Shown here one piece after another: positions 37,348 through 47,457 of a stretch of DNA of 64,000 nt. A model generated the notes under the pieces. It was not told the origin of the DNA. It ran no database searches and saw only the letters and a list, made by a program, of their open reading frames with translations. The stretch is from Pirellulales bacterium (GTDB taxonomy: Bacteria > Planctomycetota > Planctomycetia > Pirellulales > JADZDJ01): assembly GCA_020851115.1 (NCBI GenBank), contig JADZDJ010000018.1:15780-79779 (forward strand), in the 5' to 3' direction. Every line of letters starts with the position of its first letter. The first letter of the stretch is position 1. The translations under genes and the position numbers were made by a program.

Positions 37348-38718
37348 TCACGTACCTTGCTCCGGCGCTTGCCCTGGCGCTGGTTGCTGCTGTGGATCAT
37401 TGCGGTTCTCGAGCGCTTGGAGCAGCGCGGCCGATAGCTTGTCGTCTGGCTGCAATTTGACCACTTGCTTGAGTTCGCCGGCGGCTTGATCGGGGAAGCC
37501 TAACACCAAGTATTCATAGGCCAACAGGAAGCTGGCATCGGGCGCGGAGGGATTTTCTTTCTTATAAGCCTCGAGCGCCCGCAGTCGTTTCGTATATGTC
37601 GCCGTGTCGGGATACAAGGCTTTCATCGTGTCCCAATCCCATCCTGGCCCAGCCGACAGCACGGCGTACACGCCGGCGGCAGCTTCCTTGTACTTACCCA
37701 GTGCAAACAGGCAGGCCGCCCGAAATTCGTGCAGCGCAGCATCGCTCGGCAAGCCCTGGATCGCGTGATCGACCTTCTTGAGTGCGCCGTCGTAATCGCC
37801 TTGCTTAAATAGCGTGCGGCTGTCGTTGAATACTGCCATGGCGGCGGCGATTTTTGGATCTTGCTGTTGCGATGGATTGGTGTCGTCGGGCGTCGACTCG
37901 CCAGGCGCGGGAGATGAATCGACTTCCGCGTTGACGGGGGGCGGAATCGGCTGCGAATAATCGGGGGAATAGTAGCCGTCGTTGACATAGGCCGGCGCAA
38001 CATAATACGGATTACTGTAAGCGTAGCCTGTGCCCGGCCATCCCCACCAGCCGCCGGTCAGCGCACCCGCGCCGAACCAGGCCCACGGATAGTAGCCCCT
38101 GCCCCAATAATTCCAATAGCCGTGATGCCAGCCATTGTGCCAATGGTCGTAGTGGTTGTACCACGGGTGGGTCCACGGCCGATTGCCACGGTTGGCCCAG
38201 CGATTGATGTTGTTGTTCCAATTCGCGCGGTTGCTCGCCCAGTTGTTCTGATTGAAAGAGCGATTTGGGTTCAATCGGTTAAAATCGTTATGGTTTCCGA
38301 TGGCGTTTCCTGCCCGATTGCCGTCAATGTTCGGGCGATTGCCGACGCCGAAATTGTTGCGGTTGAGGTTCGTCGCTCCGTTGCCACTGAATGTAGGACG
38401 ATTCGCCGTCGTGCGCATCGCTCCGCCGTTCAGCGAGCGATTGGCAAACGAATTCGCTCCAAAGTTAGATCGCTGCACGCCTCCCGAATAGCTTCGCGGC
38501 CCGTAGGATGGCCGCGCCATCGATCCGCGCGCGAACGAAGAACCGCCGAACGACGGCGAACGTCCGCCATACCCGCTAAATCCGCCGCCAAGTCCGCTGA
38601 AACTGCGTCCGCCGCCAAAGCCGCCCCCACGTCCGCCACCGCCGCCGCGGGCAAATGCATCGGCGGCAATCGCCACCATCATCGAGTAAACAATCAATGC
38701 TATGGTCTTCTTCATCAT
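37348..38718 (-). CDS. secreted low-complexity (Gly/Arg, Asn, Trp/Tyr/His-rich) protein with C-terminal TPR region
   Basis: 456 aa with a signal peptide 'MMKKTIALIVYSMMVAIAADAFA'. This is followed by 'RGGGGGRGGGFGGGRSFSGLGGGFSGYGGRS', an Asn-rich stretch and a W/Y/H-rich stretch. The TPR-like C-terminus includes 'GDYDGALKKVDHAIQ' and 'LGKYKEAAAGVYAVL'. Confidence 0.7.
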   Translation of the reverse strand: MMKKTIALIVYSMMVAIAADAFARGGGGGRGGGFGGGRSFSGLGGGFSGYGGRSPSFGGSSFARGSMARPSYGPRSYSGGVQRSNFGANSFANRSLNGGAMRTTANRPTFSGNGATNLNRNNFGVGNRPNIDGNRAGNAIGNHNDFNRLNPNRSFNQNNWASNRANWNNNINRWANRGNRPWTHPWYNHYDHWHNGWHHGYWNYWGRGYYPWAWFGAGALTGGWWGWPGTGYAYSNPYYVAPAYVNDGYYSPDYSQPIPPPVNAEVDSSPAPGESTPDDTNPSQQQDPKIAAAMAVFNDSRTLFKQGDYDGALKKVDHAIQGLPSDAALHEFRAACLFALGKYKEAAAGVYAVLSAGPGWDWDTMKALYPDTATYTKRLRALEAYKKENPSAPDASFLLAYEYLVLGFPDQAAGELKQVVKLQPDDKLSAALLQALENRNDPQQQPAPGQAPEQGT

Positions 38719-38955
38719 CTTTTATCCTGCGAATGAACGACGCCGGGTCAGCACGGCGCGCCGCAATCCAAATTGAACCAGAGACGGCGGAAATCGCGAA
38801 GACGAAGCATTGCGTCAATGCGAGTTCGAGAAATCAATTTTCTGCCGCCTCCGGTGAAAAATATTGACAAAAACTCGATTTTACCGAATTGCAATCCGTG
38901 AATATTCCCTGAAAAAACATTGATACACAATCGCTAAACGGCCATTCTTTCGCCG

Positions 38956-39978
38956 TTAGTTGGTCGATTTTCCTTCCGGCTCAACCGGTGGTCCATTCAC
39001 TTTCGCCGTACCTTGAGCACGGGAAAACTTGACTTCCATCTCCGGCATCGGCACACCCTCAAGCTGCCGGTTGGTTGCTTGCCAGACGATGCTATTGTCG
39101 TCCACGAACTTCCACGAATTCGTGGCCGTCCCGAGCCGACCGTCGGCAATTGCGCCAGTCGACGAAACACTCCAGGAATTGCCATCTTGCGCCCAGAATC
39201 CGTCGCCAAAGCCTCCTTGGGAATCGAAGTACCACGAACGGATTTGCTCACTGGTCGGATCCCAGCCGATCAGCGTGACGACGGTGAACGCTTCACCGTT
39301 TTTCGGCTTCACATCGTAGGTCTGCTTGATGAACGAATCGTCAAGAGTCTGAACGACGCTCAACTGCACTTCCACATCAGCCGATTCCGAATGCCAATCA
39401 CCCAATAGCCAGTTCAAGCCCTTGAGCGGCGAAGTTCGCTTGCGGCCGGCAGGTGCTTCGCCCAAGTCGCGCACGCTGCAGATCTGCCATCGATCGCCAT
39501 TGCGCTTCCAAAGGGCGGTATAGCGGGTTCCCGGCATGCTCTCACCGGCATTGCCGCCAGCTAAAGTGGCCACGCCGTCTTCGAGCGCCACGCCGGGGGC
39601 GATCATCCGCAACGACGTAATTTCGTAGCAGTGCGTCTTACCTTTCATCGTTTGCAGGTGCTGAGCAAACATTTTCTTGAGCGCATCGCGGCCTTGAATT
39701 CTCTCGCCGTTGTCGGCGACAAAATCGGCGTCGTCCGCCCACATGCCGATGACGGCATCCAAATCGCCCTTGTTCACGGCATCGCAATAAGCGGTGCAGG
39801 CGGCACGCAGCACTTGCTCGTCATCGCCAACCGGCGCACTACTGGCTGAATTGCTGCCTTCAAGATTACTGTCGGCTGAATGATTGTTCGAGGGCTTGAT
39901 GTCATCAGCAGCGACGAGTGTGACGGCCGCTCCGATCACCACTACAGCGACAGCAATTGGGGAAATTCGAGAACGCAT
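38956..39978 (-). CDS. secreted NTF2-like (SgcJ/EcaC / DUF4440-type) domain protein
   Basis: 340 aa with a signal/TM 'ISPIAVAVVVIGAAVTLVAA'. 'YCDAVNKGDLDAVIGMWADDADFV' is typical of the SnoaL/DUF4440 fold. A second, beta-rich half follows. Confidence 0.6.
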   Translation of the reverse strand: MRSRISPIAVAVVVIGAAVTLVAADDIKPSNNHSADSNLEGSNSASSAPVGDDEQVLRAACTAYCDAVNKGDLDAVIGMWADDADFVADNGERIQGRDALKKMFAQHLQTMKGKTHCYEITSLRMIAPGVALEDGVATLAGGNAGESMPGTRYTALWKRNGDRWQICSVRDLGEAPAGRKRTSPLKGLNWLLGDWHSESADVEVQLSVVQTLDDSFIKQTYDVKPKNGEAFTVVTLIGWDPTSEQIRSWYFDSQGGFGDGFWAQDGNSWSVSSTGAIADGRLGTATNSWKFVDDNSIVWQATNRQLEGVPMPEMEVKFSRAQGTAKVNGPPVEPEGKSTN

Positions 39979-40343
39979 GACAAAAATTCTCCTGCGCGAG
40001 TAATGCGAGTTCGAGTATTAAGCTGAATTCAACAGAATTTAACGACGGGGTTTTGCTATTGGCCGACGAAATTCTCGGAAATTCCGCAACCTGTGTTGCG
40101 AAGCAAGCCTGCTTGACGGCCGACCGGGCCAGACGTACGCCCGAAAAATCCATCTGCCGACACTGCAACGCGACGGCACAAACCGCCCAATCCGTTTCCT
40201 CGCAATCATAGCCCGCTCTGGCCAGTAAACCAGCAATCTGCAAAACTTGTTCCGATTTTGAGAGCAGGCTACACTTCAAGACAGGCAATCTGGAGCGACT
40301 TGGCGAAGATTGTCAAAACGGTTTTCATTCCACGGAGCGTGAC

Positions 40344-40598
40344 ATGGGAATTCTCACTTGGATCGTACTCGGATTGATCGCCGGTTTGCTAGCGCGTTTC
40401 TTCATGCCAGGAGCGGCGCCCGGCGGAATTTTGACGACGATTGTCGTGGGCATCGTGGGTGGTTTGCTTGGCGGTTGGCTCGGAACACAGATGGGCTTTG
40501 GCGGCATCGACGGCATCGACCTGCGCAGCGTCTTGCTGGCCCTCGGCGGCGCGATCATCGTGCTGCTGCTCCTCCAACTTGTCCAGCGACGACGATAG
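40344..40598 (+). CDS. GlsB/YeaQ/YmgE family (transglycosylase-associated) stress membrane protein
   Basis: 84 aa with family-typical 'MGILTWIVLGLIAGLLARFFMPG' and 'IVVGIVGGLLGGWLG'. Confidence 0.85.
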   Translation: MGILTWIVLGLIAGLLARFFMPGAAPGGILTTIVVGIVGGLLGGWLGTQMGFGGIDGIDLRSVLLALGGAIIVLLLLQLVQRRR

Positions 40599-40705
40599 GC
40601 GCGCCACTCGCCCTGATTCGCCTTCACGATCGTACGTCCGACTTATTCCGCGCAACTACGAACTGAGTCGTCTCGGCGGTTTCGACGGCACGATGCCGGC
40701 GCGAT

Positions 40706-41890
40706 TCAAGCACGATGATCGTTCTCGGGTGTCGGCGCAGCTTCGGCGACAAGCGGCGCAAGTGGTGGCTCTTCGCGCAGAGCGGTCAATTTTCCCGCCA
40801 TCAAGTCGGCCACCGGCCTAGTCAATTCGTGTCGGTCGCACGCGATGCGAATCATCGAGGTAATTGGCACGGCGAAGAACATCCCGACGAAGCCCCACAA
40901 CATCCCCCAGAAAATTAACGCCATCAAAATCACCACCGGGTGCAGTCGCATCGAATTACCCATCACTTTGGGCTGGATGAAGTTGCCGATAAAAAACTGA
41001 ATCGCTCCAGGAATGGCGATCGCCAAGATTGCGCCGGTCGTCGAAAATCCAGACACTAGAACAATCGGCAACGGCAACAGTGTGGCGATGAACGAGCCAA
41101 CATTGGGGATGAAGTTCAACAGAAACGTCAGCAGGCCAAATAGTGCCGCGCCAGGAACGCCCAAGATCGTCAGCACCGCCCACACCAAAGCGCCGGTGAC
41201 GGCCGATAGTGCCGTCATCGTGATCAGATAGGCACGAATCTGCGACTCTACTTCGCCCCAGGCGCCGCCGATGGGCCGATCGCGCTTAACGCTGCTCAAC
41301 AGCAGAAAAAACAGGAAGATCAACACCAGCACGCTCTTGGACACAACCCCCGTGACCGCGTTGGTCGTTTGGAGCAGCAGGCTCTGGACAGTACCTTCAG
41401 GTATGCGGAGGTCGGCCAGCAGATTGTCGGCGGTGACTCCAAACTTGTTCAGCGGCAGGAAATTGAGTACATCCCGTGGCAACTGCGACAACTTGCGCTG
41501 ATACAAGGTCAAGTTCTCGCCACTGGTAAACTGCGCCACCGAAATCGACATCAGCATTCCCATACCCACCAGCACGACCACCGCCAACAGCAATGCCAAG
41601 CAAACGGCGACCGTTCGTGGTAGGCGAGCGTACGTTTCCAGCGAATCGACCAGCGGCATCAGCGCAAACGCCAAGAACGCCGAGACCACGAACGGAATCA
41701 TCACCGGTTCGAGCCAATCGAGCGCAAACGCCACGGCCAACACCGTCAGCGTCACCATGCAAATGGACTGAATGCGTAGCTCTGCGCGAATCGGCGGCGG
41801 TTCCATGCCGCAAAGTGTAACCGGGATGCGCAAACCAAAGCTAGCGCGGTTTGCAAGCTCGCCCAGCGAAAATGCAGGGGCGGCCGCCAA
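40706..41890 (-). CDS. AI-2E family transporter (second paralogue)
   Basis: 394-aa polytopic protein with 'NFIPNVGSFIATLLPLP', 'FIGNFIQPKVMG' and 'LIFWGMLWGFVGMFFAVP'. Confidence 0.8.
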   Translation of the reverse strand: MAAAPAFSLGELANRASFGLRIPVTLCGMEPPPIRAELRIQSICMVTLTVLAVAFALDWLEPVMIPFVVSAFLAFALMPLVDSLETYARLPRTVAVCLALLLAVVVLVGMGMLMSISVAQFTSGENLTLYQRKLSQLPRDVLNFLPLNKFGVTADNLLADLRIPEGTVQSLLLQTTNAVTGVVSKSVLVLIFLFFLLLSSVKRDRPIGGAWGEVESQIRAYLITMTALSAVTGALVWAVLTILGVPGAALFGLLTFLLNFIPNVGSFIATLLPLPIVLVSGFSTTGAILAIAIPGAIQFFIGNFIQPKVMGNSMRLHPVVILMALIFWGMLWGFVGMFFAVPITSMIRIACDRHELTRPVADLMAGKLTALREEPPLAPLVAEAAPTPENDHRA

Positions 41891-41928
41891 GGCATCGTGC
41901 CGCCGGGCATCGAATGGGCCGTGGCGAC

Positions 41929-43233
41929 CTACGGCATGGGAGCAGGTGCGGCCGGCGGATCGAACGGGCTTGCCTCCGTTGGCGTCGCTGTGCCCGCCGG
42001 AGCCGGAGGTGCGCCAGGGCCGGGTGTAAACGGATTGGCTTCACCCTCGGCCGGCTGTTCGCTTGGTTGCGACGGTTCGTGCAAGTGCGGCTCGACCAGT
42101 TGGTGTTCGTGTAGCGATTGGATCAAGCCTCCGTCCGTGTAAAAATAAATCCGGTCGGTGTCCGCGTTGAGGACTGGTTTCAAGCCTTGAGGCAGCGGCA
42201 TCACAGTGACTCGCGCTCCGGTCTGAGCATCGATCACCGCCATCCGTCCGCGGAAATCCAAGGTGTAAACCTGCGACGGGCTGGCCGCGACAAATTTCCG
42301 CGGCTCCTGGGCAAACCACATTTGCTTTCCGTCTGCCGGGTTGACGGCAAACATGCCGCCATCTTGTGGCAACGCATACACGACGTTGGCCAAGGGCACT
42401 GGCGGATGAAAAATTGGCGATCCGGTGGGAAACTCCCAAGCCTGTACACCATGCTCGCGATCGTACGCCACCAAGAAACCTGCTTTTGTGCCCACATAGA
42501 CCATCGGCGGAAATGTCACCGGCCCGCTGATGATGCCGAATCGTATATAGGTGTCGAACTTGCTCGGTTTTTCACCAAACTCCTGGCCAAACAGCCGGTC
42601 GCGGTCGCCGCCCCAAACCACGGTGCGGTTGAACGTCGCCGGTTCGGCTGCCAATCTTCCCGCCACCGGCAACTGTTGCGGTCCGAGAATCTTGGCATCG
42701 GGATTGGCATCGAGCGGATATGATTCCAGCGGTCCATTAACGATCGGCACCAGTACGCGATTGCTTGTCAGCACCGGCCCCATTTCCGCCGTACCGCGAA
42801 GGGTGTGGCGAAAGGCGATTCGGCCCGAAGCGCGATCGTAGATATAAAGCGAATCGCCATTGACGGCCGCGATAAATTTTTCGTTCGCCCCCGGCATCAA
42901 CGTTTGAAACCGCGACTCGCCCACCGTAGTCGTCCAGTTCACGATCCCGGTGCTGGCATCGAGAACGTGCATCACGCCGCCGCTGGTCACCGCCAGCACT
43001 AGGTCGTGCTCAAGCTTGATATATTTGACCTTCGAGCGCGCACCGTCGATGGCCAGTTGCGTATTCCAGCCGCGCACCAGTCCATAGCTTTCCACATATC
43101 CGCTGGTGAGCAGCGGCGACTCGATCCAACCGGCCAATACAATCGGTGCATACGCGACCGACTGCAGGCAACAAGCAGCTCCGACGAGGGACCAAAATCG
43201 GAACATATCAATCACCTTGATGATGGAAGCCAT
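41929..43233 (-). CDS. PQQ-like beta-propeller repeat protein (BamB-like) with Pro-rich C-terminus
   Basis: The track ORF runs to 43548; plausible starts are the ATG at 43233 or 43206 ('MFRFWSLVGAACCLQSVAYA' signal). Propeller blades repeat, e.g. 'VLAVTSGGVMHVLDASTGIVNW', 'LVAYDREHGVQAW', 'MAVIDAQTGARV'. Confidence 0.7.
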   Translation of the reverse strand: MASIIKVIDMFRFWSLVGAACCLQSVAYAPIVLAGWIESPLLTSGYVESYGLVRGWNTQLAIDGARSKVKYIKLEHDLVLAVTSGGVMHVLDASTGIVNWTTTVGESRFQTLMPGANEKFIAAVNGDSLYIYDRASGRIAFRHTLRGTAEMGPVLTSNRVLVPIVNGPLESYPLDANPDAKILGPQQLPVAGRLAAEPATFNRTVVWGGDRDRLFGQEFGEKPSKFDTYIRFGIISGPVTFPPMVYVGTKAGFLVAYDREHGVQAWEFPTGSPIFHPPVPLANVVYALPQDGGMFAVNPADGKQMWFAQEPRKFVAASPSQVYTLDFRGRMAVIDAQTGARVTVMPLPQGLKPVLNADTDRIYFYTDGGLIQSLHEHQLVEPHLHEPSQPSEQPAEGEANPFTPGPGAPPAPAGTATPTEASPFDPPAAPAPMP

Positions 43234-43521
43234 AGTGCAAAGCCGAAGTTGTTCGCACCTCTCACGAACACCCACACTATGATAATTTCCCGCCATGCGC
43301 CGCTCCAGTCCGTGCCGCTGCCGCGCGGCACCCATGACCCATCGGAATCCGTACAATCTCAAAACCCGCCGCGGTGAGGAGGTTTCCGAGTAAACCGCCG
43401 AATAACCTGTCCAGTTGCCCCTCTGGCGGGCGTACCGCCTTGCCAATCGGTCTCGATTCACGCAAAAATGCGGTAGGCCCGAATTTTCCTTCCAAGATGT
43501 CATCAAAACCGCCAATGACCT

Positions 43522-43845
43522 ATGTCCGACTTTAAGCCGGTTGCTCATGCGGCCGATCTTGCCGATCCCGGTAAAATATTAGTCGAGGTCGACGATCGCC
43601 TCGTCGTGCTGTTTCGCGTCGCTGGCAAATTTTATGCCATCGATGACCTGTGTACGCATGACGGCGGGCCGCTTAGCGAAGGGACGCTCGATGCCAAGGC
43701 GTGTACCATCGCCTGCCCGCGGCATGGGGCAAAGTTCGACATTCGCAACGGCGCGGCCCTCACCATGCCCGCCACGCAGCCGACGGCGTCGCATGAGGTG
43801 AAGGTGGAAGGCGATGTGGTGCTGGTAAAGCTGCACGAGACGTAA
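43522..43845 (+). CDS. Rieske [2Fe-2S] ferredoxin-type protein
   Basis: 107 aa with the Rieske ligand motifs 'CTHDGGPL' and 'CPRHGAKF'. Confidence 0.85.
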   Translation: MSDFKPVAHAADLADPGKILVEVDDRLVVLFRVAGKFYAIDDLCTHDGGPLSEGTLDAKACTIACPRHGAKFDIRNGAALTMPATQPTASHEVKVEGDVVLVKLHET

Positions 43846-43958
43846 GGAATCGCCAAACGCAAAATGTAAGACACAAAATTCAACATGTAAAATAGACAGG
43901 CATATGTCTGGTCAATTTCGCCGTTGCCCAGTGATGCATTTTACCCTGAGGTAGCCCG

Positions 43959-44285
43959 ATGCCCATTTCCGAAGATGCCGTTCGCGAAGCACTCAAGCAA
44001 GTCATCGATCCCGAATTGTTCGTCAACATCGTCGACTTAGGGCTTATTTACACCGTCGTCACCGAGCCGGCGGGCGAGGCGAACCCCGACAAAGAGAACA
44101 TCAAAATCGAAATGACCATGACTAGCCCCGCCTGCCCGGCAGGGCCGCAGCTCATCGGACAAAGCAAGCAAGTCCTCAGTGCGCTGGCGGGCGTAAACAA
44201 CGTCGAAATCAAGCTGGTGATGACGCCGCCTTGGTCCCCAGATTTGATGACCGAGGACGCGCGGGATCAGCTTGGAATCTTTTGA
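43959..44285 (+). CDS. DUF59/SufT-like metal-sulfur cluster assembly factor
   Basis: 108 aa with 'VIDPELFVNIVDLGLIY' and 'MTMTSPACPAG', typical of the DUF59 (MIP18/PaaD/SufT) family. Confidence 0.85.
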   Translation: MPISEDAVREALKQVIDPELFVNIVDLGLIYTVVTEPAGEANPDKENIKIEMTMTSPACPAGPQLIGQSKQVLSALAGVNNVEIKLVMTPPWSPDLMTEDARDQLGIF

Positions 44286-44404
44286 GGAGTGATTGCATCA
44301 ACGAGACACAGGCGATCAGAGTGGGCCTGAAACGATGAGCGGATGCAGGGATGGCTGGTTGGGGCAATTTCCTTGCGCCCTCACTCGTTCAAATCATCGC
44401 GTCT

Positions 44405-46153
44405 TCATCCGTTCATTCCGACTTCCTTTTTATGTCTCCAAGTCGCTGCGGTTCGATTCAGCAGTTTTGGAGCGCTGTCAAACTTGAACCGCTGCCGCTG
44501 TGCATCGAACATCGTCATGCCGCCGGCCGAAGAGATTGTGTGCGTTGCTAGCCAATCGCGGCTTACAAGCGGTTCGATACGACGAAATTCGGTTTCGACA
44601 TACCTGGTCGGCGACAGAGTTTCGATGTGGTGCAGCCGCAGACCGTAGCCGTAACGGCGCGATCCGTCCTGTGCAGGGCGAATGAGCCGTCCGCGGTCGC
44701 AGATGATCGGCCCGGCCATCCGCGCGCAGCGCACGTCCGACACAATCGGGTTCTGCGGATGAGGCAGCCAATGATCGCTCAGCGGATGATCGGCATGAAA
44801 CAGCGACAATTCGTCGTACGATGACCCTCCTTCGCATTCGGCGAGGGTCACGAACATCCACCAGTGACCGGCGTGTTCCAACAGGGTCGCGTCAAACGCC
44901 TTCACCTGCCGCCAAATCACTTTGTGTAGCGTCCAGCGGTCGGGAAACTCCTCGCAGCGGTATACTTCCAGCGTGCGATTGGCCGACGTTTCCGGGATCA
45001 TGTACAGTTCGCCTTGCCAGTCGAAAAGGAACGGGTACGAAAGGTGATAGGGCCGCTCAATGACCGGCCGCGGCGAATGCCACTGTCCGCGATCGTCGAA
45101 CTCCATGACCGAGATATGGGCTTTACCGGCGACATACAGATATTCCTCGAAAAAGACGTAGTGCTTGCCGTTGCGACAGATCGCGTGCGGGTCGGCCCAG
45201 AAACGGTCGATTGGCGGAATCATTTCTTGCAACTCCGCTCCCCCCGCGAACCAAGCGGAGTCCGTTTCGCCCGGCGATTCCCAACTCGCTGCGTCGCGGG
45301 CGTCTCCGGCAGGATTGAAACGACTCGCCATGAACCATTGATCGCGGCAGAATTGCTTCGCGAGCTTTCGCTTCAGCCGCCGAATTCCCAGTCGGACAAG
45401 GCCGGCAGTCAGCGTTCGACCGGTCAACGGCCGCGGCGAAGTCGTGCGGATCGAATTGGCAGCGATGCCGCTACGTTCGAGTCGTTCACAAAACTGCTTT
45501 TCGCCCAACTGCTGCAATCGCTCCAACTGTCGTGGTAGCAGCGAAACAGCGGGCCAATATAAATTACCACGATTCCGGGCCACGGAGAGCCGATCGACGG
45601 CGGTGAAGATCTCCGCCAACGTCACGAGTCGGTTGTCGCGGGTCAGCATTTGGAGCGATGCACGATTCACGTCGCTCTCGGCAAGTACTTCGTAAAGGCC
45701 ATTGAACTCGGCGCGGCCGTGGTCGGGCAAACCGCCGTGCTCGAACATCCACACGCCGAGCTTCGCTGCCGCCAGCACGTCGTCGCTTGCGGCTTGCCGG
45801 CTGAAACTGACGATGACATCCAGATCATACACTCCGAGCGAATCGTTGTTCTGCTCGTCGGCGGTCAACTGCGGCACGTCGAGAAGCAGTTGCTCAGCGT
45901 CATAGGGAGCAAGTGGATCGCGGTCGGCGGGCGAAACCAATTGATCGAGGCGAAGGTAAGACGATGCCAAGGCCGTCCGGCAATTCTGGCGCATCCGCTG
46001 GATGAAGTTCTGTTTTTTGGCCGAGCGGTTCAACAGTATGACCGACCAGCGAGCGTGCCCTTCGGCGGCCACGCGGCGGATCGCTTCCAGTGCCCATGCC
46101 GGCACGATGGTGAAATCGAGAAGCACGGCGGCTCGTAGTGGCTCGCGGGGCAT
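44405..46153 (-). CDS. large two-domain hypothetical protein (N-terminal Rossmann/formyltransferase-like?; C-terminal domain resembling the GH43-like 'GINT1 N-terminal' family)
   Basis: 582-aa ORF. C-terminal motifs are 'FWADPHAICRNGKHYVFFEEY', 'HLSYPFLFDWQGELYMIPETS' and 'DATLLEHAGHWWMFVT'. I associate these with bacterial proteins annotated as 'glucosamine inositolphosphorylceramide transferase family'. That is from memory and unverified. Confidence 0.5.
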   Translation of the reverse strand: MPREPLRAAVLLDFTIVPAWALEAIRRVAAEGHARWSVILLNRSAKKQNFIQRMRQNCRTALASSYLRLDQLVSPADRDPLAPYDAEQLLLDVPQLTADEQNNDSLGVYDLDVIVSFSRQAASDDVLAAAKLGVWMFEHGGLPDHGRAEFNGLYEVLAESDVNRASLQMLTRDNRLVTLAEIFTAVDRLSVARNRGNLYWPAVSLLPRQLERLQQLGEKQFCERLERSGIAANSIRTTSPRPLTGRTLTAGLVRLGIRRLKRKLAKQFCRDQWFMASRFNPAGDARDAASWESPGETDSAWFAGGAELQEMIPPIDRFWADPHAICRNGKHYVFFEEYLYVAGKAHISVMEFDDRGQWHSPRPVIERPYHLSYPFLFDWQGELYMIPETSANRTLEVYRCEEFPDRWTLHKVIWRQVKAFDATLLEHAGHWWMFVTLAECEGGSSYDELSLFHADHPLSDHWLPHPQNPIVSDVRCARMAGPIICDRGRLIRPAQDGSRRYGYGLRLHHIETLSPTRYVETEFRRIEPLVSRDWLATHTISSAGGMTMFDAQRQRFKFDSAPKLLNRTAATWRHKKEVGMNG

Positions 46154-46278
46154 TTTCTTGGGCGGTTGCGGACGAATCTGTCGTAAAGTTCTTCGTTCTA
46201 TAGCCTAGCATTCGCCAGGCCGATGGTTGGCTCAGGGGATGTCATTTGCGGCGGATAATTGAGAAAATCTGGCGACCA

Positions 46279-47394
46279 ATGGCACAATCAACCGTACTAC
46301 TCTACGAACTGGCTTGCAGTGGCGGGCTGTCGAGCACGCGTGCGGAGATGGTTGCGGATGATGCGCTCATTCGCGAAGGGAGGGCAATGCTGGCGTCGCT
46401 CGCGGCCGATTTTGCTGCGATCGACGGCGTGGAAACGCTGGTGATGCGCGACGCGCGCTGGACCGAGATGGAATTTCCAGGATGCAAGGTCTTGGAGATC
46501 GACTCTCAAGCGGCCGAGGAATGCGTGCTCCGGGAAATTTCCGGCCAAGCAACGGCGACCATGATCGTTGCGCCGGAAATCGATGGACTACTCATCGAAC
46601 GCTGTGAATGGGTCGAGCAGGCGGGAGGGCGATTGATCTCTCCATCGTGCAAAATCGCGACGCTGGCGACGGACAAGCAGTGGACGGCCGGGCATTTACA
46701 ACAGCATGGCGTTCGAGCGCCGCAGGGAGTGTTGCTCGATCGCGACGAACTGCTGCCGAGCGACTTCAAGTATCCCGCGGTGCTCAAGCCCATAGACGGG
46801 TGTGCGTCGCACGATGTATGGCTAGTCCGCGACGCAACCGATGCGCGGTGCATCTCTGTCCCACGATGGGCTTTTCCGATGCGGCTCGAAGAGTTTGTGC
46901 CGGGCATTGCGGCAAGCGTTGCCGTGCTGTGCGGACCGAACAAATTACAGCCGCTAACACCCTGCCGACAGCGGTTGTCGAACGATGGCCGCTTTCAATA
47001 TCTCGGTGGATCATTACCGATCGCCGTGGGACAGACATTCCCGCCTGCCGAGAGTCGAAGCCCACTGCTGGTAGACAAAAATGACTTCCCCACGGTGGGG
47101 CTGGCAAAGCGGGCGCAGGATTTGGCGGTGCGTGCCGTTGCGACATTACCCGAGCCGCGCGGCTACCTTGGCGTGGACCTGGTGTTAGGGGACGATCCAA
47201 ACGGCCAGGACGATGTGGTCATCGAAATCAATCCGCGGCTGACGACTTCCTATCTCGGCTTGCGAGCTGCTTCCAATGGCAATCTGGCTGCTGCGATGTG
47301 GGCGATTGCAGAAGGCCGTCTGGCGGCAGTGTCGTTTAGCGACGAACCAATCGAATTCGATAGCGATGGAGTCGTAAGAAGAATCAACGCATGA
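46279..47394 (+). CDS. ATP-grasp domain protein (Orf5/MfnD-like, H4MPT/methanofuran-linked family candidate)
   Basis: The track ORF starts at 46246; the ATG at 46279 gives 'MAQSTVLLYELACSGG'. ATP-grasp motifs: 'KYPAVLKPIDGCASHDVWLV', 'LEEFVPG', 'VVIEINPRLTTSY'. Confidence 0.7.
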   Translation: MAQSTVLLYELACSGGLSSTRAEMVADDALIREGRAMLASLAADFAAIDGVETLVMRDARWTEMEFPGCKVLEIDSQAAEECVLREISGQATATMIVAPEIDGLLIERCEWVEQAGGRLISPSCKIATLATDKQWTAGHLQQHGVRAPQGVLLDRDELLPSDFKYPAVLKPIDGCASHDVWLVRDATDARCISVPRWAFPMRLEEFVPGIAASVAVLCGPNKLQPLTPCRQRLSNDGRFQYLGGSLPIAVGQTFPPAESRSPLLVDKNDFPTVGLAKRAQDLAVRAVATLPEPRGYLGVDLVLGDDPNGQDDVVIEINPRLTTSYLGLRAASNGNLAAAMWAIAEGRLAAVSFSDEPIEFDSDGVVRRINA

Positions 47395-47457
47395 TTCACC
47401 ACGGAGGCGCGGAGCCATCCAGCAACCAACGAACCAGTTTGCCGAGTTCATTTTGGC

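Noticed and set aside
39905-40288. 127-aa minus-strand ORF upstream of the NTF2-like gene.
   Set aside because: It overlaps the start of 38956..39978, is Cys/Arg-rich with no motifs, and has no SD.
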